The notes beneath the pieces are model-generated. The model searched no databases. It was not told the DNA's origin and saw only the letters and a program-made list of their open reading frames with translations. Positions 9,226 to 18,769 of a DNA stretch of 64,000 nucleotides are shown piece by piece (the first letter of the stretch is position 1; the number at the start of each line of letters is the position of its first letter). The stretch is taken from assembly GCA_002702895.1 (NCBI GenBank), contig PACX01000022.1:22188-86187 (forward strand), given 5' to 3'. Position numbers and translations under genes: made by a program. Source of the DNA: Flavobacteriaceae bacterium. Lineage in GTDB: Bacteria; Bacteroidota; Bacteroidia; Flavobacteriales; Flavobacteriaceae.

Positions 9226-12075
9226 ATGATAAATATTAAACTTATGAAAAATTCTTATAGTTTCCTTTTAATGATATTTTCTGTTTTAATTTCAGCTCAG
9301 GAGAGTACCAATTCAGATCAAGTGATTGAAGGGATAAACTTCCAAAATCAAGCAATTGAAAAATCTATCGTTAGAAACTTAAAATTTGAGAATATTGGTC
9401 CAAGTATTATGAGTGGAAGAGTTTCTGATATAGAGGTAAATCCTAAAAACACTAAGGAATTTTACGTTGCTTATGCCTCAGGTGGATTGTGGCACACAAA
9501 TAATAATGGAAATACATTTGTTCCTGTTTTTGACAATGCAAATACTCAAAATATTGGAGATTTTGCAGTAGACTGGGATAATAATATAATTATAGTGGGA
9601 ACTGGAGAAAATAACTCTTCAAGATCATCTTATGCAGGAATAGGAATATTAAAATCATCTGATAATGGAAAAAATTGGAAAAACATAGGTTTGAGAGACT
9701 CTCATCACATAGGCAAAATAAAAATTAACCCAAATAATCCTGATGAAATAGTAGTAGGTGTGATAGGACATTTATATTCAAAAAATTCTGAAAGAGGAAT
9801 CTTTAAAACAAAAAACGGAGGAAAAACATGGGACAAAACTCTTTATATTGACGATAGCACTGGAATAATTGATCTTGATACTGATCCAAAGAATTTCAAT
9901 ATTCAATTTGCCAGCTCTTGGGAAAGAGATAGATCCCCCTGGAATTTTAATGGAAACGGAAAAAAATCTGCAATTTATAAATCTGTTGATGCGGGAGAAA
10001 CATGGAAATTAATCTCCAATTCAAAAAGCGGATTCCCAAATAACCAAGGAAATGGAAGAATAGGAATTTCTATCTATGACAAGAATACGGTATATGCAAT
10101 ATTGGATAATCAATCAAGGAGACCAGTTGAAAAAGAAAATAAAAAAAGAAAGTTAAATAAGAATTCATTTGAGAAAATGTCAGATAGTGATTTTTTAAAA
10201 TTAAATAACACAGAATTAAATGATTTTTTAAAAAATAATGGTTTTCCAAAAAAATATAATGCCGTTAATGTAAAGGAATTGGTTAAATTAAAAGATATTT
10301 TTCCAATTGATCTAAAACTTTTCTTGGAGGATGCAAATACTGTTATGTTTGAAACTCCAATAGTTGGCGCAGAAGTTTACAGAAGTGATGATGGAGGAAT
10401 CTCATGGAAAAAACAGAATTCCTATTATTTAGACAATTTATATAATACCTATGGATATTATTTTGGAAGAATTCATGTCTCACCAACAAATAAAAACCAG
10501 TTATATATTTATGGTGTTCCTCTATTAAAGTCTAATGACGGAGGCATAACCTATGAGTCAATAGATTTTGAGAATTTACATGTAGATCACCATGATCTGT
10601 GGATAAATCCCGAAGATTCAGATCATTTACTTAATGGAAATGATGGAGGAGTAAACATGAGTTATGATGGAGGAAAGAATTGGACAAAACTTAATCAGCC
10701 TAGCGTTGGTCAATTTTATTCTATTAATGTTGATAATAGTGACCCTTATAATGTTTATGGAGGCCTTCAGGATAATGGAGTTTGGATGGCAAAGAACACT
10801 TCAAAAGAAAGTTTAAGATGGCATCAAACTGGTCATAATAACTGGAAATCTATAATGGGAGGAGATGGAATGCAAATTCAAATAGACCAAAGAGATTCAA
10901 ATATTATTTACACAGGATCTCAATTTGGGTTTTATTACAGAATTAATAATGATTTAAATACAAGAAAATTCATTAAGCCAAAGCATGATCTCGGAGAACA
11001 AAAATTAAGATTTAATTGGCAAACCCCTATATTGCTATCTTCTCACAATCAGGATATACTTTATTTAGGAAGTAATAAATTACATGTGTCATTTAATAAA
11101 GGAGATGATTGGTCTTTTAATTCAAAAGATTTAACAAAGGGAATTAAAATAGGGAATGTCCCCTATGGAACATTAACCTCTATCGATGAATCCGTTTTTA
11201 AATTTGGAAAAATTGTTGTTGGATCAGATGATGGTTTGGTAAATCTCTCAAATGATGGTGGAAATTCTTGGAAATTAATTTCAAATAAATTGCCAAGCAA
11301 TCTTTGGGTTAGTAGGGTGGTTTTCTCAAATCATAATGAAAATAAGATTTATGTTTCTTTAAACGGATATAGATATGATGATTTCAATGGTTACTTATAT
11401 GTTAGTGATGATAATGGAGAAAACTGGAAATCAATTGCTAAAAAGCTTCCTATTTCACCAATTAATGTAATTAAAGAAGATCCTCATTTTGAAGATGTTT
11501 TATATGTTGGTACAGATAATGGTTCTTATATTAGTTTTGATAATGGTGATAATTGGGATCCGTTTGTTAGTGGTTTAAACAAGGTTGCTGTACATGATAT
11601 AGTCATTCAAAGAAAAGAAAATCATCTTCTTCTTGGAACACACGGAAGATCTATATATAAAACAGATCTTTCAATCATATATAATTATCTTGAAAACATT
11701 AATAAAAGTAAAAAAGGAATTGTTTTTCAAACTAAAGACTTAAAGCAGTGTAATTCATGTGGATCAAAAAGATATAATTGGGAAGAGTATTTTGATCCAA
11801 AAATAAAAGTTACAGTATTTTCTAAGATAGAGCAAAATGTAATACTTAAATTATATCAAAATGAAATTTTAATTTTAGAAAAGAATATTGGTCTAGAAAA
11901 AGGCTTTCAAAAATTTGAATTAAACTCTTATTATACTGATAAAGCAGTCAAGGCCATGAATAAAAATTTTAAAAAAAATAATCTTGAAAAGTCAGATAAC
12001 GGAAAATTTTATTTTATAAAAGGAAAATTTAATCTGAAGATTGGTGATTATTCAGAATCATTCCAAATTAAATAA
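9226..12075 (+). CDS. Secreted BNR/Asp-box repeat (sortilin/VPS10-like) beta-propeller protein
   Basis: 949 aa with a signal peptide (LLMIFSVLISAQ). At least nine S-x-D-x-G-x-x-W Asp-box repeats, e.g. SSDNGKNWK, TKNGGKTWD, SVDAGETWK, SDDGGISWK, SYDGGKNWT, SNDGGNSWK, SDDNGENWK. The start may instead be the ATG at 9244. Confidence 0.75.
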   Translation: MINIKLMKNSYSFLLMIFSVLISAQESTNSDQVIEGINFQNQAIEKSIVRNLKFENIGPSIMSGRVSDIEVNPKNTKEFYVAYASGGLWHTNNNGNTFVPVFDNANTQNIGDFAVDWDNNIIIVGTGENNSSRSSYAGIGILKSSDNGKNWKNIGLRDSHHIGKIKINPNNPDEIVVGVIGHLYSKNSERGIFKTKNGGKTWDKTLYIDDSTGIIDLDTDPKNFNIQFASSWERDRSPWNFNGNGKKSAIYKSVDAGETWKLISNSKSGFPNNQGNGRIGISIYDKNTVYAILDNQSRRPVEKENKKRKLNKNSFEKMSDSDFLKLNNTELNDFLKNNGFPKKYNAVNVKELVKLKDIFPIDLKLFLEDANTVMFETPIVGAEVYRSDDGGISWKKQNSYYLDNLYNTYGYYFGRIHVSPTNKNQLYIYGVPLLKSNDGGITYESIDFENLHVDHHDLWINPEDSDHLLNGNDGGVNMSYDGGKNWTKLNQPSVGQFYSINVDNSDPYNVYGGLQDNGVWMAKNTSKESLRWHQTGHNNWKSIMGGDGMQIQIDQRDSNIIYTGSQFGFYYRINNDLNTRKFIKPKHDLGEQKLRFNWQTPILLSSHNQDILYLGSNKLHVSFNKGDDWSFNSKDLTKGIKIGNVPYGTLTSIDESVFKFGKIVVGSDDGLVNLSNDGGNSWKLISNKLPSNLWVSRVVFSNHNENKIYVSLNGYRYDDFNGYLYVSDDNGENWKSIAKKLPISPINVIKEDPHFEDVLYVGTDNGSYISFDNGDNWDPFVSGLNKVAVHDIVIQRKENHLLLGTHGRSIYKTDLSIIYNYLENINKSKKGIVFQTKDLKQCNSCGSKRYNWEEYFDPKIKVTVFSKIEQNVILKLYQNEILILEKNIGLEKGFQKFELNSYYTDKAVKAMNKNFKKNNLEKSDNGKFYFIKGKFNLKIGDYSESFQIK

Positions 12076-12095
12076 AATAGTCTTTTTTATTTTAA

Positions 12096-12146
12096 TTGTA
12101 ACACTTCATGTGTTAAATTTGTAACACATAAACTAATTTATATTTG
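12096..12146 (+). promoter_or_regulatory. Putative sdhC promoter region with two Bacteroidota-type -7 boxes
   Basis: TAAATTTG (12114-12121) and TATATTTG (12139-12146) both match the Bacteroidota -7 consensus TAnnTTTG. TTG elements lie at 12096-12098 and 12119-12121. The region overlaps three GTAACAC/GTGTTA half-sites. Confidence 0.35.
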
Positions 12147-12150
12147 TCTA

Positions 12151-12822
12151 ATGGGAATAAAATTAGGTTCTTCAATAATACGTAAAGTTGCAATGGCACT
12201 TTCAGGATTATTTTTAATAATTTTCCTAACACAACATTTCATTATAAACATTACATCTGTCTTTAATAAAAATATTTTTAATATGCTTTCTCATTTTATG
12301 GGAAATAATTTTATAATTCAATTTATTTTTCAGCCTATCTTAATTTTTGGTGTCATTTTTCATTTTGTTATGGGTTTTATTTTAGAATGGCAAAATAGAA
12401 ATGCAAGATCAACTAATTATCAAGTATATGATAACTCTTCAAATTCATCGTGGGTTTCACGTAATATGATTATTTCAGGTATAGTTGTATTATCTTTTCT
12501 AGCTTTACACTTTTATGATTTCTGGATCCCAGAAATAAAATATAAATATATTGAATCTCTTCCTGCGAATCCTGATAGATATTATCCTGAGCTTATCCAT
12601 AAGTTTAAAGATCCTATAAAAGTTATAATATACTGTGTCTCATTTGTTTTTCTATCATTACATCTGCTTCACGGATTTGCATCATCTTTTAGATCTTTAG
12701 GCGCCAATAGTAAATTTTATTATTCTATTAATCTATTTACTATTGTGTATTCCATATTTATTCCTTTGGGCTTCTGTTTTATAGCTTTGTATCATTTATT
12801 AATAAGTAATGTAACACATTAA
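12151..12822 (+). CDS. sdhC: Succinate dehydrogenase/fumarate reductase cytochrome b subunit (single large membrane anchor, b558 type)
   Basis: 223 aa polytopic membrane protein with conserved His residues (FHFVMG, HFYDFW, HLLHGF). Lies directly upstream of sdhA and sdhB. Confidence 0.85.
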   Translation: MGIKLGSSIIRKVAMALSGLFLIIFLTQHFIINITSVFNKNIFNMLSHFMGNNFIIQFIFQPILIFGVIFHFVMGFILEWQNRNARSTNYQVYDNSSNSSWVSRNMIISGIVVLSFLALHFYDFWIPEIKYKYIESLPANPDRYYPELIHKFKDPIKVIIYCVSFVFLSLHLLHGFASSFRSLGANSKFYYSINLFTIVYSIFIPLGFCFIALYHLLISNVTH

Positions 12823-12886
12823 TTTATGAAAAATTATATGCGTTTTATTTTTTATATTAACTCATATTTAAATATTTATTTTTTTA

Positions 12887-12910
12887 TTTTTGTGTTACTT
12901 TTTGTGTTAC
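12887..12910 (+). repeat. Perfect 12-nt tandem duplication TTTTTGTGTTAC x2
   Basis: Read directly from the sequence: tttttgtgttac tttttgtgttac. It lies in the sdhC-sdhA spacer, and the first copy overlaps a TAnnTTTG box (TATTTTTG, 12885-12892). Confidence 0.85.
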
Positions 12911-12943
12911 AATCTAATTTTTTAATATAATTTATCCTAGTTT

Positions 12944-13264
12944 ATGAACAGAGTTACATATTCTTTAAATTATCGTAAACCAAGAAATCAATATAATCAG
13001 AATGATGAACTAATGATTTGTTTACGATATTTTTATAAGGCTTTTCCCAAATCTAAAGGAAAAATTATTAAGAAAAGTACTGGTATCAAATGCATGCTTT
13101 CAGATTGGAACGTTAACTGGCACAAACAATCTGACAGATCTCCGATTAAAAGTACTGCTAAAGATTTTCTTAAAAAAAATAAGTTATTAAAATCAAAGGT
13201 TAGAAATTTTAAGATTTATTTATCTAAGCTAAACACCTCCCCTTCATCTTTTTCTAAATCCTTT
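12944..13264 (+). pseudogene. Tyrosine-integrase N-terminal arm-type DNA-binding-domain fragment, fused in frame to sdhA
   Basis: The first ~105 codons of the 771-aa ORF read [31 protein letters not shown]...[20 protein letters not shown]...[15 protein letters not shown]. This follows the V-T-F/Y..(R/K)K...I.LR...STGIK....W pattern of Bacteroidota integrase arm domains. No integrase core or catalytic region follows. Confidence 0.45.
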
Positions 13265-15259
13265 TTATGTTCTAACGTTCCTGTTGGTCCACTAGCTAAT
13301 AAATGGACTAAACACAAAAATAATATTAGATTGGTTAGCCCTGCTAATAAACGTTCAATTGATGTAATAGTTGTTGGTACAGGATTAGCAGGAGGTTCTG
13401 CTTCTGCAACACTTGCAGAATTAGGATATAATGTTAAATCATTTTGCTTTCAAGACTCACCTAGAAGAGCACATTCTATTGCAGCACAAGGAGGAATAAA
13501 TGCTGCTAAAAATTATCAAGGTGATGGCGATTCTGTTTATCGATTGTTTTATGATACTGTAAAAGGTGGTGATTATAGATCTCGCGAATCTAATGTTTAT
13601 CGTTTGGCTGAAGTTTCTGCGAATATTATTGATCAATGTGTTGCTCAAGGCGTTCCTTTTGCAAGAGAATATGGAGGATTATTAGATAATAGATCTTTTG
13701 GTGGAGTTTTAGTTTCAAGAACCTTTTATGCAAAGGGTCAAACTGGCCAGCAACTTCTTCTTGGAGCTTATTCTGCAATGAATCGACAAATAGCTAGAGG
13801 TAAAATAAAAATGTATAATCGCCATGAGATGTTAGATCTTGTTAAAGTTGATGGGAAAGCCCGTGGAATTATTACTAGAAATTTAATAAATGGAAAACTT
13901 GAACGGCATTCTGCACATGCTGTAGTGATTGCATCTGGAGGCTATGGTAATTTATTTTTTCTATCTACAAATGCAATGGGAAGTAATGTTTCAGCAACCT
14001 GGAAGATTCATAAAAAAGGTGCTTTTTTTGCAAATCCTTGCTTTACTCAAATACATCCAACATGTATTCCAGTTTCCGGAGATTATCAGTCAAAATTAAC
14101 TTTAATGTCTGAATCTTTAAGAAATGATGGACGTATTTGGGTTCCTAAAAATTTAATGGATGCTAAAGCAATTCGTGAAGGAAAAAAGAAGCCAACAGAT
14201 CTTGCCGAAAATGAAAGAGATTATTATTTGGAGAGAAGATACCCAGCCTTTGGCAATTTAGTTCCACGGGATGTTGCTTCAAGAGCTGCTAAAGAACGAT
14301 GCGATGCAGGTTTTGGAGTTAATAAAACAGGAGAGGCAGTTTATTTAGATTTTGAAGCAGCTATAATTAGATATGGTTCTGAAAAAGTATTATTAAAAGG
14401 ATTGGATAAAAATAATTTAGACTTAGTTAAGGATTTAGGAAGAGAAGTTATAAAATCTAAATATGGTAATTTATTTCAGATGTATGAAAAAATAGTAGAT
14501 GAAAACCCGTACCATACACCAATGATGATTTATCCTGCAGTTCATTATACAATGGGTGGAGTTTGGGTAGATTATAATTTGATGACTACTATTCCAGGAT
14601 GTTTTGCAATTGGAGAGGCTAATTTTTCAGATCATGGAGCTAATAGGCTTGGCGCCTCTGCTTTAATGCAAGGTTTAGCTGATGGGTATTTTATTTTACC
14701 ATATACTATTGGGAATTATTTAGCTGATGATATTAGAACTGGACAAATTTCAACAGATTTGCCAGAATTTGAAATAGCAGAAGAATCAGTAAGAAAGAAA
14801 ATAGAAAGTTTATTAGAAAATAATGGTTCAAAAACAGTAGATCATTTTCACAAAATTTTAGGAAAAATTATTTGGAATAAATGTGGAATGTCAAGAAATG
14901 AAAAAAATTTAAATGAAGCTATTATTGAAATACAAAAATTGAGAAAGGATTTTTATAATGATATTTTTGTCCCAGGGACTAATGATTCATTTAACGAGCC
15001 ATTGGCTAAAGCATTAAGGGTTGCAGACTTTCTTGAACTGGGGGAGTTATTTGCTAAAGACGCTTTGGAAAGAAAAGAATCATGTGGAGGTCATTTTAGA
15101 GAAGAATACCAAACGCCCGAAGGTGAAGCTATGCGTGATGATAAAGATTTCACCTTTGTATCTGCCTGGGAGTATAAGGGATATCCAAGTAAAGCAAAAC
15201 TCCATAAAGAGAAACTTTCATATAATAATGTTGAACTAAAAACAAGATCATATAAATAA
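12944..15259 (+). CDS. sdhA: Succinate dehydrogenase flavoprotein subunit SdhA, with an anomalous ~105-aa N-terminal extension
   Basis: SdhA homology starts near aa 107-112 ([32 protein letters not shown] fold, [15 protein letters not shown] covalent-FAD His). The only in-frame ATGs are at 12944, 13013 and 13094. There is no ATG, GTG, TTG or CTG between 13097 and the conserved region, so the true start is uncertain. Confidence 0.9.
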   Translation: MNRVTYSLNYRKPRNQYNQNDELMICLRYFYKAFPKSKGKIIKKSTGIKCMLSDWNVNWHKQSDRSPIKSTAKDFLKKNKLLKSKVRNFKIYLSKLNTSPSSFSKSFLCSNVPVGPLANKWTKHKNNIRLVSPANKRSIDVIVVGTGLAGGSASATLAELGYNVKSFCFQDSPRRAHSIAAQGGINAAKNYQGDGDSVYRLFYDTVKGGDYRSRESNVYRLAEVSANIIDQCVAQGVPFAREYGGLLDNRSFGGVLVSRTFYAKGQTGQQLLLGAYSAMNRQIARGKIKMYNRHEMLDLVKVDGKARGIITRNLINGKLERHSAHAVVIASGGYGNLFFLSTNAMGSNVSATWKIHKKGAFFANPCFTQIHPTCIPVSGDYQSKLTLMSESLRNDGRIWVPKNLMDAKAIREGKKKPTDLAENERDYYLERRYPAFGNLVPRDVASRAAKERCDAGFGVNKTGEAVYLDFEAAIIRYGSEKVLLKGLDKNNLDLVKDLGREVIKSKYGNLFQMYEKIVDENPYHTPMMIYPAVHYTMGGVWVDYNLMTTIPGCFAIGEANFSDHGANRLGASALMQGLADGYFILPYTIGNYLADDIRTGQISTDLPEFEIAEESVRKKIESLLENNGSKTVDHFHKILGKIIWNKCGMSRNEKNLNEAIIEIQKLRKDFYNDIFVPGTNDSFNEPLAKALRVADFLELGELFAKDALERKESCGGHFREEYQTPEGEAMRDDKDFTFVSAWEYKGYPSKAKLHKEKLSYNNVELKTRSYK

Positions 15260-15261
15260 TA

Positions 15262-16008
15262 ATGAAATTAATATTAAAAATATGGCGACAAGAAAATGCT
15301 AATTCTGTTGGAAAAATTGTTTCTTATGAAATTGATGAAATCTCACCTGATATGTCTTTTTTAGAAATGTTGGATGTACTTAATGAAGAATTAATGCTAA
15401 AAGGAATAGATCCCATTGCTTTCGATCATGATTGTCGAGAAGGCATATGTGGATCGTGTTCAATGTTTATAAATGGACAAGCTCATGGACCTGATAGATA
15501 TATAACCACATGTCAATTACACATGAGAAAGTTCAAAGATGGAGACACTATCTATATTGAGCCTTTTAGAGCTAAAACTTTTCCAGTTATAAAAGATTTG
15601 GTTGTTGACAGAACAGCCTTTGATAGGATTCAACATGCTGGTGGATATATTTCAGTAAACACATCTGGAAATACACAAGATGCAAATACAATTCCAATTG
15701 AAAAAGCTAATGCTGATCAGGCATTTGATGCTGCAACTTGTATTGGATGCGGAGCATGTGTTGCTACTTGTAAAAACTCAAGCGCTATGTTATATGTATC
15801 TGCAAAAGTTTCTCAATTTGCATTATTACCACAAGGGAAAGTAGAAGCAACTGATAGAGTCATTAATATGGTGAAGCAAATGGATGAAGAGGGATTTGGT
15901 AACTGCACTAATACTGGAGCTTGTGAAATAGAATGCCCTAAAGCAATTTCATTGGATAATATTGCACGGATGAATAGGGAATTGGTAAAAGCAAAATTTA
16001 AAAAATAG
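15262..16008 (+). CDS. sdhB: Succinate dehydrogenase iron-sulfur subunit SdhB
   Basis: 248 aa with three Cys clusters: [15 protein letters not shown] (2Fe-2S), [11 protein letters not shown] (4Fe-4S) and [12 protein letters not shown] (3Fe-4S). Confidence 0.95.
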   Translation: MKLILKIWRQENANSVGKIVSYEIDEISPDMSFLEMLDVLNEELMLKGIDPIAFDHDCREGICGSCSMFINGQAHGPDRYITTCQLHMRKFKDGDTIYIEPFRAKTFPVIKDLVVDRTAFDRIQHAGGYISVNTSGNTQDANTIPIEKANADQAFDAATCIGCGACVATCKNSSAMLYVSAKVSQFALLPQGKVEATDRVINMVKQMDEEGFGNCTNTGACEIECPKAISLDNIARMNRELVKAKFKK

Positions 16009-16011
16009 GTT

Positions 16012-17052
16012 TTAATTTTCATTTTGTAGAATTAAGAAATGTTTATCCATTACGTTACCTGTAAAAATAAGATTCCCAATGGGAGCAGCAACAGTAGATC
16101 CTGACATAGTGTTTCCCTTTTCAATATAAATTTGTTTTATCAAATAATTTCCTTTTTCAATATAGTTGATTTTAATAATTTCTGAAGGAGATATTTTTTT
16201 GTTCCCTTTAGCATAAAAATCAAAATGTAATAAACTGGGGTGTGCTCCTATCCAAAGGTTGTATTCTGAATCGAATTCAATATTATCTACACCAGTATTA
16301 CAATAAATATTTTCAATAAAGGTCAAAGAATTATCTTTATTTTTTTTATAAACTTTAACTAAAAATCCTCTAACTGAGGCTACAAACACTAAATTTCTTT
16401 TAGGGTCAAAATTTATTCCATTAGCATATATAATTTTATTTGCAACCTCAATAAAATTCATTCCATCAAAATAAATTACATTAGAAATGGCTAAGCCTAA
16501 ATAATCTTCCGCTAAACGCTTTATTCCTGTCTTATATTTATGGTCATTTGTAAAATAAAATCGATTTTCATCCAATAAAACAATATCATTTGGACTATAT
16601 ATAAGATCATGTTCTAATGTTTTTTTATGTATTAGTTTATTGCCAATTAATTCAAAAATTTCTATAAATTCTCCATTTAAAGTATGATTTATTGCTGCGA
16701 CTATATTTATACTATCTTTTTTAAAAATTGAAATTCCGTGGGGAGCAAATGGCTTTTTAAAATTTGTAGTTAGATTGATGAGATCATAATTATTATTTTT
16801 CAAATCTAAAAAATATAATCCTCCAGTTTCTTGTTCAGTTTTTGGAAAGCTTTTTCTTAATGTTGATGAAATAATTGCAAAACTGTCTATCTTGTTAATA
16901 GTAATATCTTCTGCCCCTTTTAAATTTATTTTTTTTAAAATTTCTCCTTGAAACTTATTTTCAATAGTCCTAAAAAAACCGGTACTCCAAAAAATATTAA
17001 CAATAAATAAAACGAGTAAAACTAAAATTGAAAATAAAAATTTATTTTTCAT
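16012..17052 (-). CDS. Membrane-anchored paraoxonase/arylesterase-like six-bladed beta-propeller protein
   Basis: 346 aa with an N-terminal TM anchor. Overall resemblance to PON/SMP-30-like proteins (APHGISIF, YFTNDH, ANGINF). The family call is from memory. Confidence 0.55.
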   Translation of the reverse strand: MKNKFLFSILVLLVLFIVNIFWSTGFFRTIENKFQGEILKKINLKGAEDITINKIDSFAIISSTLRKSFPKTEQETGGLYFLDLKNNNYDLINLTTNFKKPFAPHGISIFKKDSINIVAAINHTLNGEFIEIFELIGNKLIHKKTLEHDLIYSPNDIVLLDENRFYFTNDHKYKTGIKRLAEDYLGLAISNVIYFDGMNFIEVANKIIYANGINFDPKRNLVFVASVRGFLVKVYKKNKDNSLTFIENIYCNTGVDNIEFDSEYNLWIGAHPSLLHFDFYAKGNKKISPSEIIKINYIEKGNYLIKQIYIEKGNTMSGSTVAAPIGNLIFTGNVMDKHFLILQNEN

Positions 17053-17068
17053 TACTATTTTTTTCGTT

Positions 17069-18667
17069 TTAATTTATAATTAATTTTTCTTCTAAAATCC
17101 AATTAGCTCTTACATCAAGTTCTTCATCAAAATGAAAGGTTTTTTCTGGTTCTATTTTTTTTAGAAAAGATCCAGTATCCCACTTTTTATTTTTATTTTC
17201 ATCAATTATTGTTCTAATAAAATATTTTGCAGGTGATAAATTTGTAAAAACACATGGATCGCCAATTGAATACAATATTTTTTCTCTTACAATTTTTTCC
17301 TGTGAGTCAGTTAATTGAACAATTATAGGGTAGCTTCTTTCATTTTGAACTTTAAGTTTTATTGTACCATAATCTGATCTACTTCTAGTTGAGAACTCAT
17401 AGCTAATTGTATCATTAGTTGATCCTAGAAAATCAGTTATAGCATTAGGAAGTAATGACAAAATATATTTATCATTTGGAAGAACTTCAAAATCAAAAAT
17501 AATATCAAATTTATTTTTGTCAATTTTAGAATTAAATTCAAGAGAAACAGAATCATTATTTAATAGAGAAATAAAATCAGAATTAACATTTGTAATTGGG
17601 ATATTGCTATATAGTTTAAATTTATCATTTAAATTTAATGTGCCACTTTCAGATGGAATTAGTATCAGAGAATCTTTTTCTTTTTCTTTATACTTTACAG
17701 TAAAAAAGTCTTTTTTAGAATTCTTTTTTACAACAAAGCGTAACGAATCATATTTTATATTTTCAAACCAATAGTTTAAAGTATCAGTTTCTTTATTTTT
17801 TGTAATGGTTGATTTAAAATTATTAGAAAAACTATCAAGAAGCTCAATTTTTACATCTTCATAATTTCCCTTGAATCCAAAACTTATTTTATTATTAGTT
17901 TCTATAAATGGTTTAAAACTTTTAAAAATTAATTCTTCTTTAAATAAATTGATACTAATGTCATTTGATGATGGGACATCAATATATTTATTTATAAATC
18001 CTATTTCTTCAGTTTCAGGATCGAATTTATAATTATTGTTAAAATCATTTAAGGCTATTAAAAGATATTTGCCTTTTTTTAAATTACTTATCTCAAAATT
18101 TGTACTGTCTAGAGTACTTCCAACATAAGTTGGGAGATTATTGTATACTATTGAATCTGTATAACTATCATTAACAGGGTAGAGTAAAGCGGTTATAAAA
18201 TTATCAGACTCTCTTTTAAAAGCATTTTTTATATTTCCAGAAATCTTTAGTGAATCTATGTAATCTCCTGTAGAAAAAACATATTTAAAATATGGTAAAA
18301 TATTGCCTTCATTATTATCAACTACACTTTGTCCAAAGTTAAATACATAGGTAGTATTTTGTGGTAGAGTTTTATTTATATCAATTTGAATATACTTTGA
18401 GGCACCAGATTGTGGAGAAATTGTATATAAACTTTTTTCAATAGGTGGAGATACAACTAATTGTTTCCTAAAATCTTTTAAACGAATATATTCATCAAAA
18501 AATAAACGAATTTTTTTTTCTTTGAAATTAATAGAATTTTTTTCTGGAATGGCAGTTATAAGTATTGGAGGATCTTCATCTTTAGGGCCGCCCTCAGGCA
18601 TTCCTCTTTTAGCACATTGACTAAAAAAAAGTAAACTAATAATAAAAAAGAATTTAAATTTTTTCAT
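17069..18667 (-). CDS. Ig-like (Big_5-type) domain lipoprotein
   Basis: The ATG at 18667 gives MKKFKFFFIISLLFFSQC, a lipoprotein signal with a Cys, followed by PEGGPKDEDPP. The ORF-track start at 18688 is a GTG 7 codons upstream. Conserved hypothetical protein in Flavobacteriia. Confidence 0.6.
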   Translation of the reverse strand: MKKFKFFFIISLLFFSQCAKRGMPEGGPKDEDPPILITAIPEKNSINFKEKKIRLFFDEYIRLKDFRKQLVVSPPIEKSLYTISPQSGASKYIQIDINKTLPQNTTYVFNFGQSVVDNNEGNILPYFKYVFSTGDYIDSLKISGNIKNAFKRESDNFITALLYPVNDSYTDSIVYNNLPTYVGSTLDSTNFEISNLKKGKYLLIALNDFNNNYKFDPETEEIGFINKYIDVPSSNDISINLFKEELIFKSFKPFIETNNKISFGFKGNYEDVKIELLDSFSNNFKSTITKNKETDTLNYWFENIKYDSLRFVVKKNSKKDFFTVKYKEKEKDSLILIPSESGTLNLNDKFKLYSNIPITNVNSDFISLLNNDSVSLEFNSKIDKNKFDIIFDFEVLPNDKYILSLLPNAITDFLGSTNDTISYEFSTRSRSDYGTIKLKVQNERSYPIIVQLTDSQEKIVREKILYSIGDPCVFTNLSPAKYFIRTIIDENKNKKWDTGSFLKKIEPEKTFHFDEELDVRANWILEEKLIIN

Positions 18668-18769
18668 ATAAAATTTAGACTTAACCACAAATTAACAATT
18701 ATTTTTTTCGAATACCATTAAAATAATATAAATAGAATTTATTAAAATATATCTATTATTTTTGTTGTT

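Noticed and set aside
12826-12930. 34-codon ORF (MKNYMRFIFYINSYLNIYFFIFVLLFVLQSNFLI) in the sdhC-sdhA spacer. It could be imagined as a small SdhD-like membrane subunit.
   Set aside because: b558-type enzymes with the single large anchor do not need a second anchor. The hydrophobic sequence is simply what T-rich DNA encodes, and it includes the 12-nt tandem repeat. No ribosome-binding context is evident. It is noted only because the region is otherwise anomalous.
13116-13132. TGGCAC (13118-13123), resembling the -24 element of a sigma-54 promoter. rpoN is present in the window.
   Set aside because: No TTGC-type -12 element follows at the required spacing (the sequence is TGGCACAAACAATCTG), and it lies inside the ORF.
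16100-16175. Apparent in-frame 12-codon tandem duplication in the PON-like gene (INYIEKGNYLIK / QIYIEKGNTMSG; CCTTTTCAATATA occurs twice 37 nt apart).
   Set aside because: It is short and only ~60% identical at the protein level. It could be a small duplication or just similar adjacent beta-strands. No functional inference is possible.
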